The notes beneath the pieces were generated by a model. It was not told the DNA's origin, did no database searches, and saw only the letters and a program-made list of their open reading frames with translations. A DNA stretch of 64,000 nt from positions 5,056,001 to 5,120,000 of the forward strand of contig CP181291.1 of NCBI GenBank assembly GCA_052279835.1, read 5' to 3'. Every line of letters starts with the position of its first letter. Positions within the stretch are counted from its first letter, which is position 1. Shown here piece by piece: positions 12,101 to 23,126 of this stretch. Position numbers and translations under genes: made by a program. The DNA comes from Microcoleus sp. Its GTDB lineage: Bacteria; Cyanobacteriota; Cyanobacteriia; Cyanobacteriales; Microcoleaceae.

Positions 12101-13292
12101 CAATTAATTCCTCTCGGTCATAACCTGTGATTCGCTCAAAACTGGGATTGACATAAATAATCGGATTGTCGGCAACTGTGGCATCGGCGATCGCAATGCC
12201 GTTGGTGGCACTCTCCATCGCTCTTTCCATCATTTGCAGGCGTTCTGACGATCGAATCCGCTCGATCGCCGCGGCTAACAAATTGGCGATCGCCTCCATA
12301 AAATAGACATCATCTTGGCTAAAAACCCGCTCTTGAGTGCTGTGAACCCCCAAAACACCCCAAACAGGAGATGTCGTATTGGGGACTTCAATGGATTCTC
12401 CCCAGTTCGTCTTAGCCATACCCGGAGTTCCCGGAACCAGCACGGTGACGCCACTGACAATTTGGTGGTTGTGCAGCAGTGGCGATTCACTGAACCTGGT
12501 TTCCACCCGCAAATCTGCGACGATAATCGGTTCCCCCACGGACAATGTATAGCCAGCTTGAGACCGTGGTGAAGCGGTGACAGTAGCACTACCAACCAGC
12601 TCGGCAGACCAGCCAAACCCCGATCGCAACAGGAAAGCATGACCTGAAGGCAATAGTTCCAAAAACTGACAATATTCTACATCCAAAGTTTGGGCAATCA
12701 ACACTCCTGTTTTGTCCATTAGTGCCAACAAATCTGTTTCCGCCAGCGCCAGATGACCTAAGTAAGCTACAGCGACTTGCTGACGAGCGCGACAATGAAT
12801 GGAGGCCAGTAATTGCCGTTCTAGAGCTTCGGCTCGCTTTCGCTCCGTAATATCGCAGAACACTGACAAAACAGCTTTTTCTGAATGCAAAGTCAGGTAG
12901 CGCATCGACACAGTTGCCCAAAATAATGTGCCGTCTGCCTTTTTCAGGCAGACTTCTGCCTCGGAGATGTGCTGATTGCGAGCTAGTCCCTCCAGTAGTT
13001 TCTGGCGGTCTGCCGGGTTATGGTAAAGTGTTTCGGCTTTGGGATGGTCGATCGAATCTGTGCGTTTGATTCCGAAAGAAATAGCACACAAATCGTTGCA
13101 ATAAAGAATGGTACTGTCAGCCAGACTGCTGATCGCCAAAGGGAGCGGCATCGACTCAGCGATCGCCAGCAATAATTCTTGAGTATCTTGCAGTGCTTCC
13201 CGGACTTCAGACTTAAAGTCACAACTCTGACAGTGTTCGGGAATCAAACTTTCCAGTTTTTGATTGACCCATTCTAATAATCTTTTTTGCAC
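9120..13292 (-). CDS. PAS-GAF-LOV-GAF-PAS-GGDEF-EAL diguanylate cyclase/phosphodiesterase
   Basis: [12 protein letters not shown] motif, [30 protein letters not shown]. Confidence 0.92.
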   Translation of the reverse strand: MQKRLLEWVNQKLESLIPEHCQSCDFKSEVREALQDTQELLLAIAESMPLPLAISSLADSTILYCNDLCAISFGIKRTDSIDHPKAETLYHNPADRQKLLEGLARNQHISEAEVCLKKADGTLFWATVSMRYLTLHSEKAVLSVFCDITERKRAEALERQLLASIHCRARQQVAVAYLGHLALAETDLLALMDKTGVLIAQTLDVEYCQFLELLPSGHAFLLRSGFGWSAELVGSATVTASPRSQAGYTLSVGEPIIVADLRVETRFSESPLLHNHQIVSGVTVLVPGTPGMAKTNWGESIEVPNTTSPVWGVLGVHSTQERVFSQDDVYFMEAIANLLAAAIERIRSSERLQMMERAMESATNGIAIADATVADNPIIYVNPSFERITGYDREELIGKNCRFLQGKGTNPASVKKLRKSIEQGKECQVILRNFRKDGTPFWNELSIAPVYNSRRHLTHFIGVQTDVTDRQKAEEELYSKSQDLATFSANLKHLHRITTYNYQNFQELVDDYLTAGCLIFGLAIGIIAKVENQSFIIRSAKTELEFLAPGLELKLEDTYCDAVIKFKKTMACSHIRELLDRDDHPIYQKLGLESYIGTPIFVNNKIYGTLSFCSREVRHKNFASQEREIIELMAQSLGKFLAAHRMEIERQQAEKERSELIVSLQESEERYRRLVELSPEAIAVHCQGKIAYINAAGAKLLGASSPSALIGFPVLHFVHPSYVEIARERIRKVEEENRPIELAEEKLLRLDGTIIDVEVAGIPATYQGSAAAQIIIRDVTERKRVEQQLLHDAFHDALTGLPNRLLFIDRLAQAIQLSQYSPDYKFAVLFLDLDRFKVVNDSLGHILGDKLLIALAQRLQNCVRVTDTVARLGGDEFTILLDRIQNLSDATLAANRIQKELTIPFNLEGHEVFTSASIGIVFSRDEVEALEEEDLNGEQSALYHHPEELLRDADIAMYRAKALGKARHEVFNLAMHDQTMSLLQLETDLRLAIFGKEELGKNKDESSHFIVNYQPIISIVTGAIEGFEALVRWQHPVRGLVPPSTFIPVAEETGLIVPLGAWVLRESCRQLRQWQEMLMSMKEEGITPPSPPQGGKEEGRITPPQGGKEEGRITPPQGGKEEGRITPPQGGKEEGRIIPPQGGKEEGRIIPPQGGKEEGRISPSQGGKEEGRRGRGGDWERGEKATNAQCPMPNAQCPIPDAQRPIPNYRLPIIDPWQLTMSVNLSPKQLGMPNLLEQIDEILAETGCAPSSLKLEITESAIVENVKKANTVLSQLKAKNIRLSIDDFGTGYSSLSYLHRFPLDTLKIDRSFVSRLGPTKNGDDRGQHLQIVRAIVTLAHNLGLEAIAEGVETPEQLAQLRDLECELAQGYWFSKPLDSNAITEMLRQIE
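9655..10052. repeat. In-frame insertion in the EAL domain: 7 tandem 36-bp palindromic units plus a heptamer (TGCCCAA) STRR tract
   Basis: Protein shows ([11 protein letters not shown][T/I/S]) x7 followed by NAQCPMP-type repeats. Confidence 0.92.
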
Positions 13293-13899
13293 AAAACCTG
13301 ACTCCTTTACCTCTTACCGAGGGCTATGAATTTTTGGTAGTTGGCGATTTTAGATGATCCCGGACGATCGGCACCGATCTCTAGCATTATCTGAATCCTG
13401 AAACAACCCCATCCTAAACCCTATAAATTATAACGTTTAGTTTTTTTTCCTTTTGAGGAATCGCTGTAAGTAAGTGAGGAATTTTTCACCCCACTTGCAG
13501 TTTAAACTAATCCACTGTTTTTGATTAGTTTAGCCCCAGAGTCATTTAACTTTAATAATTAGGTATCTTTTTTCACAAACAAACTAGCTCAAGGGATTGT
13601 TAATTTATGGAGTGGAGACTGAGCTTAGGTATAAATTGGGCAACAACTACCATAATAGTACAGTATCATAAACCAGCCTAATTCATCGACTTTAGGTGAA
13701 AAAGAGTGACGTTCCCATACCCTAAGTTTTTAAATTTGACTGGCGGGCAAGTTCGGTGAATATTTGTCTTTGGTATTGAACTCCACTTTTTTTACCCTTG
13801 CGTTAAGTTTTTATAGAGTGGGATACTTTGTCAAATCATGAGTACAAGCTCCTCGTTTTCAAAGTAAACTGAACTGCAAACAATCAACGAAGGACAGAA

Positions 13900-16515
13900 A
13901 TGCTTGAATCTTACCGCCAACACGTAGCTTCACGGGCAGCCTTGGGAATTCCCCCACTGCCCCTAGATGCTCAGCAAACCTCCGAACTTTGCGAATTGCT
14001 CAAAAATCCGCCACCGGGCGAAGAAGAAACCTTAGTAGAATTATTGCGCGATCGCGTGCCACCCGGAGTAGACCAAGCAGCCTACGTCAAAGCAGGATTT
14101 TTGACCAGTATCGCCAAAGGAGAAATCCACAGCCCCCTAATCGCCCCCAAATGGGCAGTCTACCTGCTAGGGACAATGATGGGCGGCTACAACGTCCACT
14201 CCCTCATCGATTTACTCCATCCCGCAGCGGAAACCGCTATTCCCGCCACCGCAGCCCGCGCCCTCAGCAAAACCCTGTTAGTATTTGATGCTTTCCATGA
14301 TGTCCTGGCCCTGTCGGATGTCAATCCCTATGCTAAACAAGTCATCGACTCTTGGGTTAATGCCGAGTGGTTTACCAGTCGCCCCCAACTAGCCGAAGCC
14401 ATCACCGTAACGGTGTTTAAGGTGCCGGGAGAGACGAATACCGACGATTTATCTCCTGCACCCCAGGCTACCACGCGGCCAGACATTCCCCTGCACGCTT
14501 TGGCGATGCTGGAAACTAAAATGCCCGGTGCTCTGGAAACCATTGCCCAATTGAAGCAAAAAGGTCATCCGGTAGCCTACGTTGGCGATGTTGTCGGCAC
14601 CGGTTCTTCACGGAAATCGGCGATTAATTCAGTCCTGTGGCACATTGGTAATGATATTCCATTTGTGCCGAACAAGCGCAGTGGTGGCTATATTCTAGGA
14701 AGTGCGATCGCCCCTATTTTCTTCAATACCGCTGAAGATTCCGGTGCATTGCCGATCGAATGCGACGTCGCCAAAATGGAAACAGGCATGGTAATTACCA
14801 TCCATCCCTACAAAGGTGAAATCACCAATGAAGCCGGAGAAATCATCTCCACATTCACCCTCAAACCAGACACAATACTAGACGAAGTTCGCGCCGGTGG
14901 CCGAATTCCTCTATTAATTGGACGCACCTTAACCGACAAAACCCGCGCCGCTTTAGGACTAGAAATCAGCCCTATTTTCACCCGCCCCACCATCCCAGTA
15001 GACACCCACAAAGGCTTTACTTTAGCCCAGAAAATGGTCGGAAAAGCTTGCGGTTTGTCCGGCGTTCGTCCCGGCACATCCTGCGAACCAGTGATGACCA
15101 CAGTTGGTTCCCAAGATACCACCGGCCCGATGACAAGGGACGAATTAAAAGAACTAGCTTGTTTGGGATTTAGCGCCGATTTGGTAATCCAAAGTTTTTG
15201 TCACACGGCCGCCTATCCAAAACCAGTTGATGTCAAAACTCACCATGAATTACCCGATTTCATGGCTCAACGAGGCGGCGTAGCTTTGCGTCCCGGAGAC
15301 GGCATTATTCACTCCTGGTTAAACCGGATGTTATTGCCAGATACCGTAGGAACTGGTGGCGATTCTCACACTCGTTTTCCCTTGGGAATTTCCTTTCCGG
15401 CGGGTTCGGGATTGGTGGCCTTTGCTGCTGCCTTGGGCGTGATGCCTTTGGATATGCCGGAGTCGGTTTTAGTAAGGTTCAAAGGTGAATTGCAGCCGGG
15501 AGTAACCCTGCGGGATGTTGTGAATGCAATTCCCTATGTAGCAATTCAAAAAGGTTTGCTAACCGTCGAGAAACAGAACAAGAAAAACATCTTTTCTGGA
15601 CGGATTATGGAGATTGAAGGTTTGCCAGATTTGAAGGTCGAGCAGGCTTTTGAATTGACTGATGCCACGGCCGAGCGTTCTTGTGCTGGATGCACGATTA
15701 AACTGAGCGTGGAGACTGTTTCTGAGTACATTCGTTCCAATGTGGCGCTGCTGAAAAATATGATGGCGCGGGGCTATGCAGATGCGCGGACGATGATGCG
15801 CCGCGTAGCGAAGATGGAGGAATGGCTAGCAAATCCGGTGTTGCTGGAGGCTGATGCTGATGCTGAATATGTCGAAATCATTGAAATTGATTTGAATGAG
15901 ATTAAAGAGCCCATTGTGGCTGCTCCCAATGACCCCGATAATGTTAAGTTGTTAAGTGAGGTTGCGGGCGATCGCGTTGACGAAGTATTTGTCGGTTCTT
16001 GCATGACAAATATCGGTCACTACCGCGCCACTGCGAAAGTATTGGAAGGTGCTGGGGAAGTGAAAGCCCGCCTGTGGATTTGTCCCCCAACTCGCATGGA
16101 CGAACAACAACTCAAAGAAGAAGGTTATTACAGCATTTTTGGAGCCGCTGGAGCTCGTACAGAAATGCCCGGTTGCAGTCTTTGCATGGGAAATCAAGCA
16201 CGGGTTAAAGATGCCACAACGGTATTTTCAACATCCACTCGAAACTTCAACAATCGCATGGGGAAAGACGCGCAAGTTTATCTTGGTTCCGCTGAACTAG
16301 CCGCCGTTTGTTCGCTGTTGGGTCGAATTCCCACAGTCCCAGAATACATGGAGATTGTGGCCAAGAAGATCGATCCTTTTGCTGATGATTTGTATCGGTA
16401 TTTGAATTTCGATCGAATTGCTGGTTTTGAGGATGAAGGGCGAGTGATTGCTGTGGAAGATATGCCTCGGATTGAGGATATTTTGGGAATTCCCGAAGGC
16501 GTGTTGAGCAAGTAA
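13900..16515 (+). CDS. acnB: Aconitate hydratase B
   Basis: [52 protein letters not shown]. Confidence 0.97.
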   Translation: MLESYRQHVASRAALGIPPLPLDAQQTSELCELLKNPPPGEEETLVELLRDRVPPGVDQAAYVKAGFLTSIAKGEIHSPLIAPKWAVYLLGTMMGGYNVHSLIDLLHPAAETAIPATAARALSKTLLVFDAFHDVLALSDVNPYAKQVIDSWVNAEWFTSRPQLAEAITVTVFKVPGETNTDDLSPAPQATTRPDIPLHALAMLETKMPGALETIAQLKQKGHPVAYVGDVVGTGSSRKSAINSVLWHIGNDIPFVPNKRSGGYILGSAIAPIFFNTAEDSGALPIECDVAKMETGMVITIHPYKGEITNEAGEIISTFTLKPDTILDEVRAGGRIPLLIGRTLTDKTRAALGLEISPIFTRPTIPVDTHKGFTLAQKMVGKACGLSGVRPGTSCEPVMTTVGSQDTTGPMTRDELKELACLGFSADLVIQSFCHTAAYPKPVDVKTHHELPDFMAQRGGVALRPGDGIIHSWLNRMLLPDTVGTGGDSHTRFPLGISFPAGSGLVAFAAALGVMPLDMPESVLVRFKGELQPGVTLRDVVNAIPYVAIQKGLLTVEKQNKKNIFSGRIMEIEGLPDLKVEQAFELTDATAERSCAGCTIKLSVETVSEYIRSNVALLKNMMARGYADARTMMRRVAKMEEWLANPVLLEADADAEYVEIIEIDLNEIKEPIVAAPNDPDNVKLLSEVAGDRVDEVFVGSCMTNIGHYRATAKVLEGAGEVKARLWICPPTRMDEQQLKEEGYYSIFGAAGARTEMPGCSLCMGNQARVKDATTVFSTSTRNFNNRMGKDAQVYLGSAELAAVCSLLGRIPTVPEYMEIVAKKIDPFADDLYRYLNFDRIAGFEDEGRVIAVEDMPRIEDILGIPEGVLSK

Positions 16516-16548
16516 AATAAAAGGCGGGCGATCGCCCGCCTTTTATTT
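16515..16548. terminator. Bidirectional intrinsic terminator; perfect 34-bp palindrome centred on HIP1
   Basis: AAATAAAAGGCGG-GCGATCGC-CCGCCTTTTATTT between convergent genes. Confidence 0.8.
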
Positions 16549-16562
16549 ATTTTAAAGATCGA

Positions 16563-17066
16563 CTAAGCTACATCTTTGAGAGCAGACCTCGAACTGTTCC
16601 GAGATTTTTTGATAACGCTCAGACTGCCGTCGGTTTCCAGTACGACTGCTTCGATTTCTTCGATTGCTGCGTTACCCACCCCTCGAATCGCGGCCCGAAT
16701 TTCCGATTCGCCCACGCGCTGTTGTCGCATCGCCGCAGACAGAAATTGGCCTTGGTCAAGCAGCAAAGTCGGTTCGCCTTTGATCAGATTTTTTACCCAA
16801 TTTAGCCGCACCGCAAGCCACGTGACGATGAATTGCAGCGCGATGAGTAAGCCGAGTCCGAAAACGCCCTCGACGAACGAAACGTCTTTTGACATGATGA
16901 CAGTTGCCAGGGTCGAACCGAGCGCAATGGTAACGATGAAATCGAAAGCATTCCATTTCGATAGAGTTCGCTTTCCAGATGCCAGCAACAAAACAATCAG
17001 CGCGACGTAAGCAGAAATTCCGACCGTCAAAATCCGAATCAATTCAAACCAATTATCAAAAAACAT
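16563..17066 (-). CDS. DUF421/YetF-family membrane protein
   Basis: SGKRTLSKWNAFDFIVTIALGS, three TM helices, VVLETDGSLSVI. Confidence 0.85.
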   Translation of the reverse strand: MFFDNWFELIRILTVGISAYVALIVLLLASGKRTLSKWNAFDFIVTIALGSTLATVIMSKDVSFVEGVFGLGLLIALQFIVTWLAVRLNWVKNLIKGEPTLLLDQGQFLSAAMRQQRVGESEIRAAIRGVGNAAIEEIEAVVLETDGSLSVIKKSRNSSRSALKDVA

Positions 17067-17333
17067 AGTTTTATTTTGGAGTCCTGATTTACCGCGCTTT
17101 TGTGCGACGCCACCGCTAGGTGCTTTTTCTGCTTGAGATCGCCTTCGCGCGCTTTGTTAGTTTCCACTGTCATTGTAGCAGCAGAATCGATATCAGCATT
17201 GATTATTAGCAATTGTTTCAGCTTATTGTTTAAAATATAAGTAGAGGCGAGTTCGATCGCCAATCTCTAATTCTCATCCAGGATATAGATCGATCTATGA
17301 ATTCCTATAAATCCGATTGAGGAGAAAAAAACT

Positions 17334-17792
17334 ATGTCTGAACGAGCTTTAATCAGTGAAAGTCCAGCGACAGCAACTTCAGCGCCAGAAACTCGCATGG
17401 GCAATGAAATGGTAGATTTTCTCAGTCTAATTCAGCAAACTCCGAGAGAATATTGGCCGAATTTGCTTAAAATGATGAGGTTATTTCTGGAAACTGCGAC
17501 AGTTAAGCCAGGATTGTCGGAATCCGCCGAGACTCCTGAAAATGTAGATTTTACTAAACTGTCGGAGGACAGAAGTATCACAAGAAATCAAGCTATGACC
17601 CGAGCAATGCTAGCGGGGCGAAAGGCAGGAAATGAGGATCGGGAAAAACCAGAAATTATCGATTCTTTACAGCAGCACGAAGCTCTGAGCAAGCTGTTAC
17701 AGTCTTGGGTAGATGATGGAGATGAAGACGAACAAACAGAAACCGCTGAAGTGCTTCGCAAAGCACTAGAAGAAAACCAGGTGCATATATAG
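17334..17792 (+). CDS. Hypothetical protein, probable antitoxin partner of the downstream PIN gene
   Basis: GAGGAG RBS; acidic C-terminus LLQSWVDDGDEDEQ; stops 3 nt before a PIN-domain ORF. Confidence 0.55.
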   Translation: MSERALISESPATATSAPETRMGNEMVDFLSLIQQTPREYWPNLLKMMRLFLETATVKPGLSESAETPENVDFTKLSEDRSITRNQAMTRAMLAGRKAGNEDREKPEIIDSLQQHEALSKLLQSWVDDGDEDEQTETAEVLRKALEENQVHI

Positions 17793-17795
17793 TCG

Positions 17796-18251
17796 ATGAG
17801 CAGAATAGTGTTGTTGGATTCTGGGCCTTTAGGAATTGTTACAAATCCCAAAGCCGCCTCTCCTTTATATCAAGAGGGTAAACTATGGCTGCAATCTTTG
17901 CCACTAAAAGGTTAAATTGTAATGCTTCCTGAAATTGCTGACTATGAGGTGAGGCGTGAATTAATTCGTGCAGGTAAGGCGGCAGGTATTAGACGACTTG
18001 ATGAACTTAAATCGCAAATTCCCTACCGTCCTTTGACTTCGGAGGTAATGCTTCTAGCGGCTCAGTTGTGGGCGGATGCACGAAATAGAGGAAAGCCAAC
18101 GGCACACCCCGATGCACTTGACGGGGATGTGATTCTAGCTGCTCAAGCAATATTGGAGGGAAGTGAAGTCAATAAGGTGGTAATTGCTACAACAAATGTG
18201 GGGCATTTGTCTCAGTTTGTGGATGCTCGCGAATGGCGATTAATCTCATAA
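17796..18251 (+). pseudogene. PIN-domain (VapC-like) nuclease with in-frame TAA at 17913-17915
   Basis: MSRIVLLDSGPLG...LPLKG*IVMLPEIADYEVRRELIR...LDGDVILAAQA...ATTNVGHL reads in one frame. Confidence 0.8.
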
Positions 18252-18256
18252 AGCTT

Positions 18257-18398
18257 GCTCGTTCCTAGGCCTTAGCCTGTTGCTCGTTCCCAGGCTAAGG
18301 CCTGGGAACGCATTCCATGAGGCTCTGCCTCCTGTTTTTGTCCGCAAGCGAGGCAGAGCCAAAGCATCTCGGTTCCCAGGCCTTAGCCTGGGAACCAG
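18257..18398. repeat. REP/MITE-like composite repeat (GTTCCCAGGC...GCCTGGGAAC family)
   Basis: Same hairpin set as 2470-2578, opposite orientation, with a partly duplicated left end. Confidence 0.8.
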
Positions 18399-18527
18399 TT
18401 ATAAATCGGTAAACTTTTAGATGAAGATCGCCTTTCTAATAGGCTATTATTTCCATATTCCTGCTACTCTTCAACTACAATATTCACAGCAGATACCGTT
18501 GGCGACACCAACAGCAGGGGGAAAACA

Positions 18528-18905
18528 ATGGAAACAGTCGAAACAGTCGAAACAATAGATACTCGGACTCAAACCCGCTACTGGGGAAAAGTTACAGTCA
18601 TCGACGCTGGCGAGCGTTATAAAATCAATCGCATTGAGCTCAAGCCGGGCCACCACATCAGTACCCAAATGCACTATCACCGCAGCGAACATTGGGTTGT
18701 TGTCTCCGGTACCGCTAAAGTTATCTGCGATGATAAAGAAACTATTTTGATGCAAAAACAGTCAACCTACGTTCCCATGAATGCGGCTCACCGTGTGGAA
18801 AACCCCGGCGTGATTCCCCTGGTGATGATTGAAATTCAAAATGGTGAATATCTGGGCGACGATGACATCATTCGTTTTCCCCAAGATGCTCACGAAGAAG
18901 ATTAA
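18528..18905 (+). CDS. Cupin protein similar to the C-terminal domain of type II phosphomannose isomerase
   Basis: QMHYHRSEHWVVVSGTA, HRVENPG, EIQNGEYLGDDDIIRF. Confidence 0.85.
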   Translation: METVETVETIDTRTQTRYWGKVTVIDAGERYKINRIELKPGHHISTQMHYHRSEHWVVVSGTAKVICDDKETILMQKQSTYVPMNAAHRVENPGVIPLVMIEIQNGEYLGDDDIIRFPQDAHEED

Positions 18906-18917
18906 TCCTTGAGCATT

Positions 18918-18957
18918 AAAAATGTAGGGGCAGTTTCTGAACTACCCCTACATTTTT
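18918..18957. terminator. Bidirectional terminator built on a GTAGGGG hairpin
   Basis: AAAAATGTAGGGG-CAGTT..AACTA-CCCCTACATTTTT between convergent genes. Confidence 0.7.
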
Positions 18958-19007
18958 ATATTAAAGTTGTTAAGCACGATCGTCTGATATCACAATAGGC
19001 GATCGCC

Positions 19008-19667
19008 CTAGGGCAGTGCAGCATTCTTCAACTCTACATTGGCCATATTTGCATTTCTGAGGTTAGCGCCTGTCAAGTCGGAACCCACCAAATTTGCACC
19101 AGTCAAATTTGCACCGGTCAAATTTGCATCCCGTAGGTTGACTCCCACCATATCCATTCCGAACAAACTCCCACCTTTGAGAGTGACATTGGCTAGATTC
19201 AACAATGACTGACGAACATTTTTGAGGTTTGCGCCAGTCAAATTAGCACTTTCCAAATTAGCTCCGATTAGATTCGAGCTGCTGAGATTGGCATTCTTCA
19301 AATTCGCAATCACTAAACCAGCCAAATTCAGATTAGCACGGCTCAAGTCAGCTTGCTCCAAATTCGCACCGTGCATCCTCGTAGCGATTAAGCTCGCACC
19401 GGCTAGTTTGGCATTTTTGAGATTGGCTTGATTCAGCTTGGCTTCATTGAGATTCGTTCCCCTCAAATTCGCCCCACTCAAATTCGCCCCATTCAAATCT
19501 GCACCGCTGAGATCCATACCAGAAAGTTGCGCTCCTGTCAAGTCACAACCGGAACAAATTTTGGTTTCTAGTAACTGCTTGACTTCTGCGGGATTTTCGG
19601 CTTTCACTGGAGAGGCAAAACCGATCGCAATTAGTAACCCTGTAGCTGCCAAAATATCAAACTTCAT
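19008..19667 (-). CDS. Secreted/lumenal pentapeptide repeat protein
   Basis: Signal peptide, LLETKICSGCDL, many A(N/D)LxG repeats. Confidence 0.9.
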   Translation of the reverse strand: MKFDILAATGLLIAIGFASPVKAENPAEVKQLLETKICSGCDLTGAQLSGMDLSGADLNGANLSGANLRGTNLNEAKLNQANLKNAKLAGASLIATRMHGANLEQADLSRANLNLAGLVIANLKNANLSSSNLIGANLESANLTGANLKNVRQSLLNLANVTLKGGSLFGMDMVGVNLRDANLTGANLTGANLVGSDLTGANLRNANMANVELKNAALP

Positions 19668-19746
19668 ATACCCGCTCCCACCAAATCTCTACTTACAAAT
19701 TTAGTTTATTTTTGAAGGATCTTGAGCGATCGACATCTGGATATAG

Positions 19747-19762
19747 TGTGATTATTATCACT
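19747..19762. promoter_or_regulatory. Candidate CRP-type binding site
   Basis: TGTGA-TTATTA-TCACT, 9/10 match to TGTGA-N6-TCACA, ~80 bp upstream of the pentapeptide gene. Confidence 0.45.
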
Positions 19763-19826
19763 GTGTTGTGTACCCCAAAAATGCTATAATTTTAGATGTT
19801 TTAACAAAGTTAAAATTTGTTAAAAA

Positions 19827-21530
19827 TTATTGCTTTTTCAGGAACCAAAACGGAAAAGCTTGCGTCGGTTCTAAGCTAACACCTGTAATATTTTTTTGAG
19901 CAAAAGTATAATCTTTATCCTGCCACAGGGGGATGAAAGGTACATCTCTACCTAGTATGTCTTGAAGTTCAGCAAAAATGGCGTTGCGGATTTGTGGGTT
20001 TGGTTCTTGGCGCTGTTTGGCGATCAGTTGATTCACCCGATCGCTATAATAAAAGGAACCCTGACCCTGACTAGCACCCTTGGAACAGCCGCCAGCCGCC
20101 GAACCTTCGGCACAATCTAAAAATGGCTGTATATAATTATCGGCATCGAAAAAGTCGGCGTACCAATCCACTAACACCGCAGGATAAATTCCCTTCTCAA
20201 TATTTTGAAATAAAGTGGGAGATTCCACACTATTAACTTCTACCTCTAGGATTCCCTCCATCTTGAGTTTAGCTATGGCCTTGATGGTACTCGCCACTAA
20301 ACCTCTTTTTGCCGAAGATGAAGGATACCAGATTTGCAATACTAAAGGATTTGCTGCTGAGTATCCCGCTTTAGTCAATAATTCCTTGGCTTTTACCATG
20401 TTGGCGTCGCCGTAGAGTTCTTTGAAAACGGGTTTTTGAACGTCAAAGGTTGTGGGAATCAGACTGTACAGTGGCTGTGCTTGTCCACGGAGTACGCGAT
20501 CGTTAATTAGTGGGCGATCGATCGTAGCTGCGATCGCCTGTCTCACATATATATTATCCAGGGGTTTAGACTGGATATTCAGCGTCATATAACTGACGGT
20601 ACTACTCTCGGCCTCGAATTCCTGCCATTTCCCTTTTTTTGCTCCCTCATCCAAACTGCGAACTTGATCTGCATCCAGAGATAAATAAGCAACATCGATC
20701 GCACCGGTGCGAAAAGTATTAAACAAATTGGCGGAACTAGAAAGCAGCAACAAATCTATACCTTTATTTTGGGGTTTTTCTCCCCAATATTTATCAAATA
20801 CATCTATTTTGAGAGAATCGGTGCCATACTTGGCTAGCTTGTAGCGTCCGGTTCCCACAAATGTATCTGGTTTAAATTTACCGTCGCCAATTTCGTATGC
20901 TTTCGGAGAAATGGCACAAGTACCAGCAAAGGTGAGCATGGCCGGAAAAGCCGCAAAAGGCTTTTTTAATTTAACAGTTAACTCATATTCGCCGGTCGCT
21001 TTCACTGATTCTACAGCATCACCTAACAGGAAAGCTGGACGGCCACCATTTTTGATAAACCGCTGTAAAGAAAACTCCATGGCTGCGGCATTGAATGGTG
21101 TATCATCATGAAAAATCACCCCTTGACGCAGAGGAATTATATAGGTTAATCCATCGGGGCTGATTTTCGGCAGGGCTGTGGCTAAATCCGGGATTAACTT
21201 TGTAGTTCCCGACTCGTAGGTGTAGAGAGTATCGCCCAAGTTGTGCAACAATTGTGCCGAGATCACTTCGTAGGCGTCCCCAGGGTCGATCGTCCGCAGT
21301 TTCAAGGTTGTGCCAATGGTAATGCGATCGCTCTGAGCATTGTTAGTGCCAGAATTAACCGATGGATTTGTCGGCTGTCGGCAGCTTACAATTAACCAGC
21401 AGCAAAGACTCAACAGCGCTAGAACTTTAATCACCGAAGGTCTGATAAATATTTTTAGCGGCCACCTAGCTGTTCCCATTGTCATTTTACGCAATAATTC
21501 CCCAGTACGTATCATTAATCCAGAATCCAA
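19827..21530 (-). CDS. Peptide/nickel ABC transporter substrate-binding lipoprotein (family 5); true start probably downstream
   Basis: Lipobox-like LIVSC, PDLATALPKISPDGLTY, FHDDTPFNA, GTGRYKL. Confidence 0.88.
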   Translation of the reverse strand: MDSGLMIRTGELLRKMTMGTARWPLKIFIRPSVIKVLALLSLCCWLIVSCRQPTNPSVNSGTNNAQSDRITIGTTLKLRTIDPGDAYEVISAQLLHNLGDTLYTYESGTTKLIPDLATALPKISPDGLTYIIPLRQGVIFHDDTPFNAAAMEFSLQRFIKNGGRPAFLLGDAVESVKATGEYELTVKLKKPFAAFPAMLTFAGTCAISPKAYEIGDGKFKPDTFVGTGRYKLAKYGTDSLKIDVFDKYWGEKPQNKGIDLLLLSSSANLFNTFRTGAIDVAYLSLDADQVRSLDEGAKKGKWQEFEAESSTVSYMTLNIQSKPLDNIYVRQAIAATIDRPLINDRVLRGQAQPLYSLIPTTFDVQKPVFKELYGDANMVKAKELLTKAGYSAANPLVLQIWYPSSSAKRGLVASTIKAIAKLKMEGILEVEVNSVESPTLFQNIEKGIYPAVLVDWYADFFDADNYIQPFLDCAEGSAAGGCSKGASQGQGSFYYSDRVNQLIAKQRQEPNPQIRNAIFAELQDILGRDVPFIPLWQDKDYTFAQKNITGVSLEPTQAFPFWFLKKQ

Positions 21531-21578
21531 AATCTAAAATTGCCCGATGCCCTCTGCCCCATTCCCGATGCCCAAATA

Positions 21579-23111
21579 TCAAATTCCTTTGAGTAAAGTG
21601 CGCCAATCTCGACAGCGTTTGAGATAAATGCGAGCCACCCGATCGCTAGGGTTGTTCCGCAAACACTCTTCAAACAATTTTCCCGCTTCTCGAAACTCCT
21701 TGCGATCGCACAATAACATAGCTTCATTATATATGGGCAAATTTTCTAGCTTTGCCAATCTCACCTCCTCTGGTTCGGCATCAAATACTTCATAAACTGT
21801 TACAAATTGAGATTTTCCTTTGACCTGTACCTTATCGACGATGCGAACAGCATAATCAGCCGGATTTCGCAACTTCTCAAAAGTGGCATGAGAAATTAAC
21901 AGCGGTACGCCGTAATCTTTAGTCAATCCTTCAATCCGAGAGGCCAAATTAACCGCATCACTAATCACAGTGCTATCCATCCGACTTTTGCCACCAACTG
22001 TCCCCAACATCAAAGAACCTGTGTTAATGCCAATGCCAATTTGAATGGGGATGTATCCCACATTTTGACGGTGTTTGTTGTAGTCTTTGAGAATGTTTAA
22101 CATAGCAATACCAGCCTTGACAGCATCATCGGCACAGTCGCTAAATAGAGCCATAATTGCATCACCTATATATTTGTCGATGAACCCATTATTTCTAGCA
22201 ATAGCCGGCTCCATCCGCGACAAATAAGCATTGATAAAATTAAAATTTTCTTGCGGTGTCATGCTCTCAGAAAGCGTTGTAAAATCCCGGATATCCGCAA
22301 ATAAAACCGACATTTCTTGCTGTGTTTGATCCCCTAAATTAACTTCGATAATGCTTTCATATCCCAGTAAATTTAGAAATTGATGAGGAACAAACCGCCC
22401 ATAGGCATCAGTTAATTCTGACTCGGCATCTAGGGAGGCTTCCAGACTTTGATTGAGGAGAGAGAGTTCATTAATAAACTTATGGCGATCGCTTTCTGCT
22501 TGTTTACGTTCTGTAATATCTTGAAAAACTGCGATCGCAAAAGCCACAGTACCGTCCTCGTCAAAAATTGGTGTTCCCCAAATCTCGATCGGAATTATAT
22601 TGTCGTGTAGATGAACTTCCATATCCTCAGCCGTGGAAGTTTCGCCCTTCAAAGCTCGGACGATTGGCAAATTTTCGCTCGGATAAATAGTATCAGTACC
22701 CGCGAGATAAATTTGATAAACTTCCGACAAATTATCAACGGTATTTAATGGTACAACCCCTTTGCCCAGCAACTGCTCTCCCGCACGATTAACATAGCAA
22801 GGTTTGCCTTCAAAATCAAGAACTACCACTCCGATGGGAATAGCTTCCAGAAACTGAGCCAGCCGCTTTTCTGCTTCGCGCACTGCTTGCAGTGCCCGAT
22901 AGCGTAACTCGCTTGTCAGATTATCAGAGTGGGCGGCACTGGTTTCTAACAAAATTTCCAGATCCGCTTTTTCCTCTTTCAAATCTTCCACTTGCTGGCG
23001 CAATTTTTCGAGTTCCAAAACTAGCTCTTCTCTCGATGGTTGTTCTTCTAACATAACCCTAGAACTTGCGCCTTTACCAACAGAAAATTGCATCATCATT
23101 CCGAATCCCAA
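21579..23111 (-). CDS. Coiled coil-PAS-class III adenylate/guanylate cyclase with C-terminal TPR-like helices
   Basis: VLFADIRDFT, DKYIGDAIM, GIGINTG, TVISDAVNLASRIE. Confidence 0.9.
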   Translation of the reverse strand: MGFGMMMQFSVGKGASSRVMLEEQPSREELVLELEKLRQQVEDLKEEKADLEILLETSAAHSDNLTSELRYRALQAVREAEKRLAQFLEAIPIGVVVLDFEGKPCYVNRAGEQLLGKGVVPLNTVDNLSEVYQIYLAGTDTIYPSENLPIVRALKGETSTAEDMEVHLHDNIIPIEIWGTPIFDEDGTVAFAIAVFQDITERKQAESDRHKFINELSLLNQSLEASLDAESELTDAYGRFVPHQFLNLLGYESIIEVNLGDQTQQEMSVLFADIRDFTTLSESMTPQENFNFINAYLSRMEPAIARNNGFIDKYIGDAIMALFSDCADDAVKAGIAMLNILKDYNKHRQNVGYIPIQIGIGINTGSLMLGTVGGKSRMDSTVISDAVNLASRIEGLTKDYGVPLLISHATFEKLRNPADYAVRIVDKVQVKGKSQFVTVYEVFDAEPEEVRLAKLENLPIYNEAMLLCDRKEFREAGKLFEECLRNNPSDRVARIYLKRCRDWRTLLKGI

Positions 23112-23126
23112 AGGCTCTGGCAGTTC

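Noticed and set aside
13503..13532. Inverted repeat TAAACTAATC-N10-GATTAGTTTA between divergent genes
   Set aside because: Single AT-rich instance with no regulator motif I recognise; not enough support
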